Positions 48,796-61,000 of a stretch of DNA of 64,000 nucleotides are shown here, piece by piece. The translations under genes were made by a program, and so were the position numbers. Numbering within the stretch: the stretch's first letter is position 1; each line of letters starts with the position of its first letter. The DNA comes from Amphiscolops sp. MND2022. Its lineage: Eukaryota. The stretch is taken from NCBI GenBank assembly GCA_964187785.1, contig OZ076410.1:31992001-32056000 (forward strand). Reading direction: 5' to 3'. Below the pieces are notes generated by a model, which did no database searches, had not been told where the DNA came from, and saw only the letters and a program-made list of their open reading frames with translations.

Positions 48796-49684
48796 AAATT
48801 TTAGATTGATGAAAAACTAATTAACTGGTGAATTGGTTGACTAGTTAACTGGTCCAGACCCAAGCGCAAAGCGACATATCATCACAAAAAACGATTTTTG
48901 GAAACGTCAATCTGAAAAGCAAGGTGAACAATTTTGTATACGAGTTTTTGGAAGCGTCCAAAGTGTTGAAAAAATTGTCAAATCGATCATCCATCATTGT
49001 ATCTAACTCAAATTTTATCATTTTATCATCGAAAGCAAGTACAGCACCTTTTCAAAATCCTTTTCAGCAACTAAAGGAGGTAATTACCTTCTTTACTAGT
49101 TGAAACGGATAAAAATCTTAAGCTTTCCTTTTGCTCGCGACTGTTTTTTGTTGCGAAAGTACTAATTGATTCGCAAACGTGTCGAAGGGTTTTGCCCACT
49201 ACAATCTATTTTCTCGATAAGGATGGGAAATAATACAGTCACTTAGTTTATGAAAGCCTTCGTTTGTATCAGAGAATTGATAATATTTTTCAAAGTGAGT
49301 TTTTGCGATGCTTTAAAACTCTTTTATCGCGAACTTTGTGCTTCGCCATTTGCTAAGAATATGTTAATCATTAGTCAACGAGTGTTAAAACTTGGAATCT
49401 GATAACGTTTCAAGAAAAACGTATCAGCTGCGCAAAAAAGAAAATCTACCAGAAAAACACAAGAAAATGGTGCGCTAATGCTTAATGTTTCCCAACTAGG
49501 AAAAAATTCTTTTCGGAACATTTTAATGTTCTACTCTAAGAGGTGTAAAATCTGTCTTGGTATTTGCGGTCTTTGATGAAAACATGAACGGGACAGTCTT
49601 TTGCTCGGACTCGAGTTATTTGCTAATTAATATGCCATGGCATGGAAGGAATGACATTTTCGAAGGTGAGAATAAAAGATCCCA

Positions 49685-52600
49685 TTGAATAGTTGAATAG
49701 TTTAATTTATTGACGATTATAAATTACATTACTTCTATGAAACATAAATACATTGAAGATATATTATCGTCAAAAGGACGAAGAAAGAGCTTTTCAGCTC
49801 GTCAATTAAGTCTTCGCCCCGAGAACCAACATGCTTTTTTAAGAGAAAAAAAATATATAGGAGCTGTGTAGGAGAATTTTGAAAATTTCAAAATCATTTG
49901 AAAGTCAAAAATAAACATTGAACAAGTCTCTGTTGTTCGAAACATAATTATGAGCAATACCGTTTATGAGGTTTTTTGTTGCATTTTCACTTAAGTTTTT
50001 AATATTTGATGGGATAAGATCGAGCGTTTTCAACCAATTGTACGTTTTCACAATTGAATTTTTTAACGATCGCCGTTTAGTTTCTGTTCTGCTGAAAGTT
50101 ATTTTCAGTAAACCTCTTTTTCTTCTGCGGGTGTTTATATCGGGCGGTATGAAACTACCGGCCACAAAGTCAAACGGCGAATTACCCCTCAATTGTCGAA
50201 ATAATTCACATACGAGTTCAGCAATATAGGTTTCATGAATTGTCAGTATGTTATGTGACGCATACACATTTTCTAGTGAGTCTGTTTGCTTCTTAAAGAA
50301 AATTGCCCGTAATATCCTTCGTTGCGCTTTTTCGATAGGATCCAAGTTCGTTTTTGCAGTTGCACCATAATTCATTAGGCCATATTTGATTATTGGTTTA
50401 GCTATGGTTTTGTAAAACAGTAAGAGACATCTCGCGGGAAATATGTGCCTTACCTTATACATCAAACCACAAAATTTATTCAGTTTCTTTGTTACGTATT
50501 TAATATGCTCTTTGAAATTGAGTTTCTCGTCAATTTTGACACCAAGATATTTACAATGATCTTTTAGTGAAATTCTCTGGCCAAAAGCTTCTTCGCTAAG
50601 AGGTCGAGCACGACCGAAACAAACATACTCACATTTTCCTATATTGACAGTTAGTTTATTCTCATTAAACCAGTTCCTAAGATTTTGGATATCATTGCAA
50701 ATTTCCTCAGATGTATTTTGGCCAATATTGTAGACGGTTGTATCATCTGCGAATAATGTTATCATGCTCAGATTGCATTCCTTTGGTAAGTCGTTAATGT
50801 AAACGAGAAATAGAAATGGTCCGAGAACAGAACCTTGTGGAACACCAGTGTTTATACTTAGAACATCCGATTTTTTTCCATCCTGTAATACATATTGTTT
50901 CCTATTTGAAAGATAATTTTTGATGATGTTGAAAATTGGCTCTCTGAAGCCGTATCTATATAGCTTTTGCAAGAGGATAGAATGATCAAGTGTATCGAAT
51001 GCCTTTTCTAAATCAATAAAGCAAGCGCTGCCAGAGCGCCGTTCATCAATTGCATTCCTTATATAATCCGTTAATTCAGCTACCGCGTGATTACAACTCC
51101 TTTTACTGCGAAATCCAAATTGATTTTTCGAATATAAATTATATTTGGTAAAATACTTATTCATTTGTTTATGAAGTATTTTTTCAATTATTTTGCCTAT
51201 TGGACTCAAGAGGCTTATGGGACGATAGTTCTCGGGATTTGTTTTATCGCCTTTTTTATACAGTGAGATTACTTTTGCCACCTTCAGACAGTCAGGAAAT
51301 GTTTCCTCCTCTATGCATTTGTTCACAATTTTGCATATATATGGCTCGATAACAGGGGAACATAGTTTTAATATTTCATTGCTTATGCCTGAGGGACCAG
51401 TGCTCCGTTTGTTTTTGAGCTTCTTTAGAATAGCTGTTATTTCATCAATATTTGTTTTATTCAGAACCATACTATTCTCCACAGTTTTTATATTGCTTGT
51501 GAAGTCAGTGTGAGGAATGTTTGAAGAGAGAGTTTGACCAATGGTTGCAAAATGTTTATTCATTTTATTTGCATCGAGGGATCCGTGGACTTGTTGCTTT
51601 TGAACATTTTTATATTTTAATTTCTTATAAATCGTTTTGGATGAAGGATTAGAGCCTAGTTCTTTGAAGTTTTGCTCGCGTTTAGCGTTCCGTATTAGTC
51701 CTCTAATCTCATTTCTCAAGTTCTTTAAGGCTTGACGATTTTGTTCACTAGGATCCTTAATCCATTTTTGAAACAAAAGGTTCCGTTTTTGAATGCGGTT
51801 TTTAATCTTATTATTTATCCAAGGTGAATGTTTCTTTTCACTAGGTGGTTTTTCTGGCGCAAAGCGATCAAGACAGTTAATTATGCAGTCAATTATTTTA
51901 GTTACATAAGTATCAACGTCTGCATTTTCATTGATTTGGCGTAGTTTCTGATCCAGAAGGAAAAGGAAATTAAGAATTTTATTTTTCTTGATATGATTGA
52001 GATTTCTAACAAGTGTATAATTATTATCCGAACTCCTTTTATTTTGTATTCCTAGCCATGATAAATCAGTCTCAATCGCGTAGTGGTCACTGATTGTTAT
52101 TTTCACTGTTTTTGTATTGATCTCGTTGCTGGAAATAATGTGATCTAAGCAAGTTGCCGTCGTACTTGTGACACGTGTTGGTTCGGAGTTTTGTATTTTG
52201 AACCCGTAGGCTGCTAAAAGATTTGTGTAGTTTATCGATTCAGAGTTTTCAATAAGTGTATTTATATTAAAATCGCCGAATATGATGCAATCATTTTTCT
52301 GTGACCTTAAGAAACTAAGAAGCGATTCCATTAATTCAAGAAACTTACTGTAAAGTACGGAATCTGGCCTATAGACAACACAAAAGTTTTTCTTATTGCC
52401 TTTGCTAAACGTGAAAGTTCCTATGAGACATTCAAGTTCACTTTCGTATTCCAGTACCTCGTACGCAATTTCATTTTTAGCGTAGAAAGCTACACCTCCA
52501 CGGATCCCTGTAATTCTAGGTTTCGATTCTATCTCTTGATAACCATTTATATTATAATGAGTTAGTGGGTCGCTTTCTGTGAGCCATGTTTCGGTTAGAA

Positions 52601-52857
52601 AAATCAATTCAGGTAAATATTCCTCCACCTGTAATTCCAATTCTTCAAAGTTATATCTTAGTGAACGTATATTTAAACCAAAAAGAAAAGTCTGGAAAGC
52701 ATGTTGTTGGTTCTCAGTAGATGTTAGATTCATTTAAAGAGTTGATGTTGGCGGTGTTACCGAAATTCCAAAAGCAACATTTGGTATACCCCGCAACCAA
52801 AATTAAACGTCTACTTTCCAAATCATTCATTATGCAATAATTTAAATTGGACACTTA
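49685..52857 (-). mobile_element. Non-LTR retrotransposon (LINE), L2/CR1 group
   Basis: EN-RT ORF, 3' UTR with AATAAA and a short tandem tail (CTATTCAA)2 ending at 49685. The 5' boundary is unclear and interrupted by the BEL element. Confidence 0.85.
49905..52733 (-). CDS. LINE ORF2: APE-type endonuclease plus reverse transcriptase, 942 aa, intact
   Basis: GLNIRSL, FLTETWL, FGDFNIN, CLDHII, SDHY (APE); ENYRPISLL, QFGFR, DLEKAFD, GVPQGSVLGPFLFLVYINDL, LFADDT, KYLGV (RT). Confidence 0.95.
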   Translation of the reverse strand: MNLTSTENQQHAFQTFLFGLNIRSLRYNFEELELQVEEYLPELIFLTETWLTESDPLTHYNINGYQEIESKPRITGIRGGVAFYAKNEIAYEVLEYESELECLIGTFTFSKGNKKNFCVVYRPDSVLYSKFLELMESLLSFLRSQKNDCIIFGDFNINTLIENSESINYTNLLAAYGFKIQNSEPTRVTSTTATCLDHIISSNEINTKTVKITISDHYAIETDLSWLGIQNKRSSDNNYTLVRNLNHIKKNKILNFLFLLDQKLRQINENADVDTYVTKIIDCIINCLDRFAPEKPPSEKKHSPWINNKIKNRIQKRNLLFQKWIKDPSEQNRQALKNLRNEIRGLIRNAKREQNFKELGSNPSSKTIYKKLKYKNVQKQQVHGSLDANKMNKHFATIGQTLSSNIPHTDFTSNIKTVENSMVLNKTNIDEITAILKKLKNKRSTGPSGISNEILKLCSPVIEPYICKIVNKCIEEETFPDCLKVAKVISLYKKGDKTNPENYRPISLLSPIGKIIEKILHKQMNKYFTKYNLYSKNQFGFRSKRSCNHAVAELTDYIRNAIDERRSGSACFIDLEKAFDTLDHSILLQKLYRYGFREPIFNIIKNYLSNRKQYVLQDGKKSDVLSINTGVPQGSVLGPFLFLVYINDLPKECNLSMITLFADDTTVYNIGQNTSEEICNDIQNLRNWFNENKLTVNIGKCEYVCFGRARPLSEEAFGQRISLKDHCKYLGVKIDEKLNFKEHIKYVTKKLNKFCGLMYKVRHIFPARCLLLFYKTIAKPIIKYGLMNYGATAKTNLDPIEKAQRRILRAIFFKKQTDSLENVYASHNILTIHETYIAELVCELFRQLRGNSPFDFVAGSFIPPDINTRRRKRGLLKITFSRTETKRRSLKNSIVKTYNWLKTLDLIPSNIKNLSENATKNLINGIAHNYVSNNRDLFNVYF

Positions 52858-52903
52858 TGTTGCAGAGCAAATATGGTTGAATTAAAACAAACAAAAATCA
52901 AGT

Positions 52904-52974
52904 GACCATAGCACGGTCGGTAGAGTATGGGGCTCGGAATTTGAAGGTTACCGGTTCGATTCCCGAAACCGTCA
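52904..52974 (+). promoter_or_regulatory. tRNA-derived Pol III promoter (A and B boxes) in the BEL LTR; second copy 61678-61748
   Basis: A-box-like TAGCACGGTCGG, B box GGTTCGATTCC (52953-52963) at tRNA-like spacing, TTTTT at 53008-53012. The stems pair poorly. Confidence 0.7.
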
Positions 52975-53195
52975 AATATTTGCTACTTCTGAAAATAGTA
53001 AAATATATTTTTCAAATATCATTCAAATAATTTGCTATCTCGAAACTTTAATTTGTTTAATTATATTTGTAAACAATATTGATCTTTTGCAAGTTGTTTC
53101 GATTTATTCACTGATGTCTTTGAATGTTTAAAATATTGCTAACAAAAAACTCTTTGCAAACGGACTGTATTCACCCGAAGGCTTACAGTTTAACA

Positions 53196-53212
53196 TGGTG
53201 GCCATAGAGAGG
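53196..53212 (+). promoter_or_regulatory. Primer binding site of the BEL element
   Basis: TGGTGGCC... directly after the 5' LTR, complementary to a tRNA ending GGCCACCA. Confidence 0.85.
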
Positions 53213-54021
53213 CATTTTTGGTTATGTCATACCATTTATTTTTGTTTGCTGATTCTTCACTGAGTTAATTCGTACCATTGTGAAATCGAATTGATGACTT
53301 GATAAATCTGCATTACCCGCGTCCCGTCATTCTTGTCTCTTATTTTGGACTTTATGAGGTACGTATACGCGTATATTTATACATTTCACGGAATAATGAG
53401 ATGAATCTGTAGAGACTTGAAATCAACTTGGAATTGATCGCTCACACAAGTTGCCTCAGTAGCGGATACAGCTCGCGTTTGGTACAGCTTTTAGAGAGTC
53501 ACGCTCTTTGCAAAGCTGGTTGTTAAACCACAAGGATTTCAAATAATTGAATATCATAATGCGGACGTTCCAGTTTTATCACAGCTTTATCAACAAATCG
53601 ACTGGCAATCGGTGGTCAACTTAGTCGTCCACGGATCATTCCAGGCAAATATCAAAGACTAATGACAACTGGATTTTACTCAAACTTAGTTATTGCCCGA
53701 AGTCATACCCAAAGCCCTAGTGGGAGCCCCCGAATCCCCGAATGAGCAACCTCCCCCAAAGCTCCAATTGTCCCTGAAAGCCCTGACGCTGCCAACGAAG
53801 CATTCTGGCCGTGAGTAACAATAAAACAGACCTTTAAAATCTCTTGAAATTTTATTCGAGATAGCAAGTTCTTGAGAAAACAAAAGTTTGTCCCGAAAAT
53901 TCAATGTCTTTCTTCTAATGTGAAAAAATCGTTGAAGTTGTGATCCGTGTAGAGAAAAAATTATTGATAAATTCAATTTGAGCAAAGTATTGTTTAAAGA
54001 AAAAAGAAGAGAAAAACACGC

Positions 54022-54630
54022 ATGGTTTTCATATTGGCTGCTAGTTCTTTGCACCATGCAATAAAAACGTTGACTCCTGATGAAAAAGAACATTTCGATG
54101 ACAAAATTTATACCATCCCGGGCCTAAGTCTTAATCCGTTGACGAAAAATCCGAAGAAAATTGTCCAAAATTTACTTTCGAAAGATTTGAAAGATAAAAA
54201 AGACATTGTGATTTGGCATGATGTTTTGAACAATAGTATTTCGAAACATGATAGCAACAATTTCCGTGCGTTATCAGTGTTGGATCTAATTAAAACATTG
54301 AAAAGTCTTCAAGACAAGCTTTGTGCTCTAGTGTATTGCCAACGTTACCGCACCCCGCACATTTTCGAAGAATTGAAAGTTTTGCAAACTGATCATAATA
54401 TCAAAGTGTTCAGTATCGTCAAAGATTTTATATCCGTGAAAAAACAAAAGGATCCCGAGATTCTTAAACAATTCAAGGCGTTGCATCAGAGCCCAGAGCT
54501 TGAACTGAAGAATTTGGATTTTGTTCTTCGTAAAGAGAATGATCTCAGTAAAATAACTGATAAAAGCCGACCCAAACGGCCAAGCAAGCGTGCCCGGAAC
54601 GCTGCTAAGAGAGCCGCTGCCTCCTTTTAG
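54022..54630 (+). CDS. Extra 202-aa ORF in the BEL leader; SGNH/GDSL-hydrolase-like with a basic C-terminal tail
   Basis: FILAASSL (block I-like), IPGLS (II), IVIWHDVLNNSI (III), KALHQ (V), tail RPKRPSKRARNAAKR. Confidence 0.6.
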   Translation: MVFILAASSLHHAIKTLTPDEKEHFDDKIYTIPGLSLNPLTKNPKKIVQNLLSKDLKDKKDIVIWHDVLNNSISKHDSNNFRALSVLDLIKTLKSLQDKLCALVYCQRYRTPHIFEELKVLQTDHNIKVFSIVKDFISVKKQKDPEILKQFKALHQSPELELKNLDFVLRKENDLSKITDKSRPKRPSKRARNAAKRAAASF

Positions 54631-55056
54631 ACTCAGTTGGCTACCCCCCCCCCCGATTCTTCCAGCTGTCGAGACAGTGTCCGAACTTCACTGATCGGTT
54701 GAAGTTTCTTCAGCTCTTCCTCCTTCTTTCAGAGTTGTGTCCAGTCTTTACTGACTGGTTGATACTCTGAAAGATCGTTTCGTCCCTCAGCCGCACCACC
54801 GTCAACTGAGACCGCGTTTCGTCGACGCGACTTTGAGTTTATCGTGTTCCGTCCTCGTAGCCTGTGACTACTTTTAACTTAAAACAAAAAAATCGCCAGT
54901 TTCTTTGTAGAAGCACTGTACAAACACAGTGTTGTCACCGATAAACACCGTTCTTTCTTCTACCGAACTTTTTCTCGAACTGTGTCCAAACTTAATTGTT
55001 TGGTTGACGTCTGAAAAAGTACAAACGCCCACCGATCCTCAAATTTGGCTACGGTA

Positions 55057-58000
55057 ATGTCTGACCCCGTTCACGAAAAGGTGCAAAAGTTGTATGACAG
55101 TCGCGCGAAAGCCGAAGCCGACTTGAACAGATATCAAAGGGACGTGACAGAAGCAGTAAACAATGCCGACAGACGCGTTCGCGTCGAACGGTTGGTCACT
55201 TCTTGCGAAGAGGCTATGACAAAAGCTTTCGCTAAGAACGAACAGCTACTCGAGCTTGCCAAGAAAACCAACGACCCGGCAACTGTCACAGCGGACTTAG
55301 AAAAATGGTTGAACGTCACGAGCATACAAAATGATGAAATTTTGAGAAGCGCAAGGGAATATATCGACCAATGTCCCAAAACAGATAATTCTTCACAAAC
55401 TTCAGTAAAAGCTACCACCGTGAAGACCAAGTCTAGCAAAAATTCAAGCAGCAAAGCGTCGAAAACTTCAAGTCAGCGCCAACGAGACTTGCTTATTGCC
55501 AAACACAAGCGAGAAGAAGTTGAACGGCAAAACGAAGCTGCTTTACGATTAGCTAAGCAAAAGCAAGAGCTCGAGCTTGAACAACTGCAAGAAGAGAACC
55601 GCAAACGACTTGCAGAAGCGCATCTAGTTGAACTTGAACTTCAGGAAGACCCATCTGAAGCTAACGAAGATGCTCATGAGATTCTTTCGCGGTTGAGCAG
55701 AACAACAGATGCTAGCGAAACGCGCCGAGTTAGTGACTGGGTTAACAACTCGCCAATCGTTACCACGACTCAACATGAGACAGTAACAGCAGTGACTGCA
55801 AGTCTAGCGACTTCTGTCGCAAACACTACCGTTTCCATCCCATCTCACCCACCTCTGGTTAATGTCTCTCAGCCGACTTTCACACCAGGTGATCCCAACG
55901 AAACAAACGTGGCAGTACAACTACCAACAACTACCGTTCCATCAATGAGTTTAAATCACACTCCTGCGGTACAAACTCAGACTCCTCCATTGACAGCGCA
56001 AAACTTGGGGAATATCGGACCTTCAACATCAGCTGTCATAGTACAACAACAAGTTCAACCGACAATCATCCCGACCCAAACTGGAAGTTTCAATGCGCAA
56101 GTTTTACCGCCACAAACGACAGCACGGATGCCTACGTTCACAATGCCGGTGAACCACATCCTCCCGAACTTGTCCGCATGGACCTTCCCGAACCCGACTG
56201 TTACCACCGCACCGATTGTAACAACAATTCCGCCCCCGACACAGCCGACGGCACCTACTATCATGCCGTTTGCTCACGCGCCAACCTATGCCGCTCCAAC
56301 CGTACCCGTTACCGCTGGTGGAACTGTTTATTATGTACCCCCAGCAACCGTTACCACGCCAATTGTGTACAGTACAGTAGCACATCCGACGACTTCTCTT
56401 AGTCCAACAGCCGCTACCTTTGTGGCAGCCGGAACGTCAACGACTATGCAACCAAGTACAACCGGATTCACGATACAAGATCTTGCCTTGTTGTTAGCAT
56501 CAACCAAGAAAGACCATTTGCCGGAGTGGAAACTAGCACAATATAATGGTGACCCGATACAATGGCATGAATGGTTTGGCCAGTTCAAAAGTGCCATAGA
56601 CTCAGCCCCACTCACCGATGACGTCAAGTTAACATACCTCAAGACTCTTGTTACAGGTAAAGCAAAAACCGCTATCGCTGAGTTTGCTTACTGCGGAGCA
56701 ATGTATGGAGACGCCCTAAAGACACTAGAACGGAAGTTTGGACAGCCACAGGCTGTAGTAACTGCTTATCTGGATAAGTTAGCAAACTTTCCACCCGTGA
56801 AGATGCACAACAGTGAGAGCATCATCAGTTACTCAGCAACAATCTGTTCTCTAGTTGGGGTCTTCCGCTCTCTAAACTACGTCCAAGACCTGTCAAGCGC
56901 ATCATTGCTTGGACAAGCCGTTCAAAAGCTTCCGCCAAACATGAAAGAAGCATGGTCAATGCACACGGTGAAGCGGACATTGGACAGGCCAACACTGATC
57001 GATTTCAACGATTGGCTCAAAGATAAGGCGGAAGCGCATGAGCGCATGAAGTCTGCCTCAACCAAGCCGAAAACCGAAGACAATACCACTACTGCAACAA
57101 AGACTAAAACTGTCTCCAAAGTTTTTGCCTCGACAGCCTCGTCTAGCCAACAAAGTTCGAACTCGAAGAGTAAAGTGGAACAACCGCCAAACTGTGTCGC
57201 CTGTAAAGACAAACACCCGTTGTGGAGATGTCCAGTTTTCAGAAAAAAGACACCCACGGAGAGAGCAAGAATTGTGGCAGACAATAAGCTCTGCTTTTCA
57301 TGCTTCAACCAAAATCACACGTTTCGCCAGTGCCCGCAACCCCGCAAGTGTACGAAAGATGGATGCGGGAGTTCACACAACACTTTCTTGCACGGAGCCG
57401 ACAGAATATTTGCCAAGAAAGCCACTAATGTGAACAAGGACAAAACTGAAACATCTGGTTGTATTGGGACGTCAATGAACAACGAAAGATCAAACGAGAG
57501 CTCAGGCATGCCCTCCGTTGCCGATGTTAAAGGCCTCTTACAAGTAACGGAAGTTGAACTTCACGCGAATGGCAAAAGTGAAAAAGTCTTAGCACTGTGT
57601 GATTCTGCCTGTAGCCATTCCTGGATCTCAGCAAATCTGGCAACGAAGTTGAACGTTCATGGCACCCCGACCAAGCTTACTGTCCATGGCATAAATTCCA
57701 ACCAAGTCGTAGACACGCAACTGGTGGAGCTTAAGTTGACACCCGTTCATTCGGGTGGCTCTTGCTCTCCCTTTGTTGTTAAACCGTACGTCAGGGAAGA
57801 CCTCAAAGTCGGAACTGACACCATCGATGTCGAACTTTTGAAAACAAAGTACCCCCATTTGCAACCAATCTCTTTGAAAAAGTACAGCTACGGCGATGTT
57901 GAAATGATCCTAGGTCAGGATGTTTTCCACTCGATCCGCCCGCTGGAGTTTTTTGATTCCGACCGCAAAAATGCTCCAGTTGCCGTTCGCTTACCGTTGG

Positions 58001-61000
58001 GTTGGGTTTTGAGTGGGCCGCTCCCCTCGTCCTCAGGTCTCTATTCAACTTGTTTTAAAGCTGTTGCTTCTAACAAGGAATTGGACTCCGAACTTGCCGA
58101 CCAACTCCGAAGCTGGTACGATATCGAATCGTATGGAGCGTACAAACAAGTAGATTCGCGTTCCGCTGCCGATGCGAGAGCGGTGGAAATACTTGAAGAA
58201 ACGACTTACCACGATGGTAACCGGTACCATGTGGGAATGTTGTGGACCGAAAAAGACAGTAGTTTGCCGAATAACTACTTTTCCGCGCTCGTGCAGCTAA
58301 AATCGTTGGAACGTCGCCTCGACAAAGATCCCGAATTGAAACGACTTTACGCCAAAACGATTCACGACGACTTCAACAAAGGTTACATCACCAAAGTTGA
58401 CAAAAGCGACTGTTTCAAATTAGACCAACCCCGCGAGTGGTACCTGCCACATCATCCCGTTGTGCACCCGCACAAACCTGGCAAAGTTCGCAGAGTATTG
58501 AATGGCGCAGCAAGGTTCCAGGGTCAATCTTTGAACAACGCCTTGTTAACCGGACCGGACTTGCTACAAAATTTGATACACATACTGATCCGCTTTCGTC
58601 AACACAAATACGCCGTCTCTGCCGATATCGAAGGTATGTTTCTTCAAGTCGGAGTCATACCAAAAGATCAACCATCACTTCGTTTTCTGTGGCGGGAAGA
58701 CCCAGCTGCAGAAATCGCTGTGTATCAGTACGTCCGGCACATCTTTGGGTCGAAGGACTCACCAACATGTGCGAACTACGCACTGAAGCGTACTGGTAGC
58801 GATAACCAAGACACTTTTCCCCGAAGCAGCGAAAAGCGTTCATCGCAGCTTTTACATGGACGACTACCTGGAGTCAAGCCCTACTGTCGAAGAGGCCAGT
58901 AACAAAGCAAAGGACTTGGTCACACTGCTTGCAAAAGGTGGCTTCAATCTAACCAAGTTTGTCTCCAACATTACCTACCTTCCAGCCGAACTGCAACAAA
59001 GCGGTGAACTAACACCAACCGATGAGAAGGTGATTCCGAAACCAGACGAGTCCTCACATGTCTTGGGACTTAAATGGAATCATGCCTGTGATACCCTCGT
59101 AGTAAGTCGGGGAACGAGCCCCGCTACGAACAAGAAACTTACTCAACGAGTGGTGCTGAGCGTAGTTTCAGCTGTCTACGATCCCATTGGACTCGTTGCT
59201 CCGTTTACCGTCCAAGCAAGACTGTTGTTGAAAGACATCTGGAGATTAAGTGGTCAACAGTGGGATGACGATCTGCCAGACGAAATCGTAACAAAGTTCA
59301 ACGAATGGAGCAAGGAGCTGCCAACTTTGAGCGAAATTCAAATCCCACGGAGTTATTTCGAAGAGCGAGTCGAAACCTTGGAGCTTCATATGTTCGGTGA
59401 CAGCTCTCAAGATGTCTTCAGCGCCGTCGCCTTTCTACGAGGAAAAGTTGCCACCGCGACTGGTTACACCACAGAGTTAGCCTTCGTCTTCGGGAAAGCC
59501 AGAGTGGCACCCATGAAGGCCCTTACAATCCCGAGGCTCGAACTGCAAGCATCGTTGCTTGCCGCACGCCTCCGAAAGGAAATCGAAAATGCTCTAACGG
59601 TCAGAGTTGACAACACTTTCATGTGGACGGACAGTACCACGGTCCTTCAGTGGCTCCATTCATTAGAGAAGCAACCAGTGTTTGTCACTAACCGTGTTGC
59701 CGAAATCCTGGAATTAACAACGGTGGATGAATGGAATTATGTCAAATCAAGTGACAACCCCGCTGATGCAGGAACGCGTGGTCTTTCAGCCAACTCACTT
59801 CGTGACAGTCCCTGGCTCAAAGGTCCTTCATTCTTGCGGACACACGACTGGCCGTTCGAACCACCAAAAGACGTTGAGATCAGATTGAAAGCGAAAAAGT
59901 CGGATCTTCCCAGTTCCGATCAAGAAACTTCGGAATTTTTGACTGCTTTAAGTGCAACTGTGATCGGCATCGCGACAACTTTCGAGTGGCAGAAGTACAG
60001 CTCGTACGAGAAACTTCTGCGCGTTGTTGCTTACATCTTGCGCCTACTACCAAAAAACGAAGGTTACCGATCCGACTCTGGCTTAGTAACTGACCCGAAT
60101 GAAATGCGAAATGCTGAAATGAGACTTTTCTATCTCATCCAACAAGAGTCATTTCCCGTCGAACTGAAGTGCTTGCTGAAACAATCCCCCGTCAGCAACT
60201 CTTCCAAACTCTCCCAATTCTCTCCTTTCATTGGGCCTCAAGGCCTACTGCGAGCAACCGGTCGGACCAAACAACTAACAGTTTCCAACTTCGACGCAAA
60301 ACACCCTATTTTACTGGACAGCCGTCACCCCGCCGTACGCTTGTACTTAGAGCAGCTCCATGAAACGCATTGCCATCAGGGTGTCGACTACATGAGGGCG
60401 TTGGTGCAGCAACAGTTCGCCATCGTCAAGCTTAGAACCGCCCTGAGGTCAATTGTCTCCAAATGTGTCACTTGCCGCAAACGTCGAGCGGAAACTCTTA
60501 ACCCGATAATGTCCGACCTTCCTCGGGAAAGACTGGCATTCAAAGAGCGTCCATTCACGAACACCGGGATCGACTATTTTGGTCCGTTTTACGTAGCTGT
60601 GAAGAGATCAACTGAAAAACGATGGGGATTCCTATTCACTTGCTTAACAACCAGAGCTGTCCACTTTGAAGTTGTTCCGTCAATGGACACTAGTAGCTGT
60701 GTTATGGGGATCGAAAGATTTGCCGCCCGTCGGGGCGTCCCATCTGTTTTGTGGTCTGACAACGGAACCAATTTTATCGCCAGTGAAAAGGAGTTGCTAC
60801 AAAACGTGTCAGCGTGGAATCAACAGACCCTGTCAGAAGCTTTGGTCAAAAAACGGATCCACTGGAAGTTCAATCCCCCCAGTGCTCCTCACCACGGAGG
60901 TGTCTGGGAACGAATTGTCAGGAGCTTCAAACACGTTTTTTATGCAATTCTTGGAAACCGTCGCCTAACGGACGAGATACTAACAACTACCTTTTGTCTG

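Noticed and set aside
48374-48820. ORFs with repeated LGTNCRLGRIVAWDE peptides (similarly 27845-28211)
   Set aside because: These are translation artefacts of stop-free tandem repeats, open in several frames and on both strands.
52904-52974. Functional tRNA gene
   Set aside because: Acceptor, D, anticodon and T stems all have several mismatches. It is kept only as a tRNA-derived promoter, and the parent tRNA cannot be assigned.
58815-58826. Programmed frameshift in BEL pol
   Set aside because: It needs a +1 shift inside the RT core. BEL elements normally have a single ORF, and an extra C in a homopolymer explains it.
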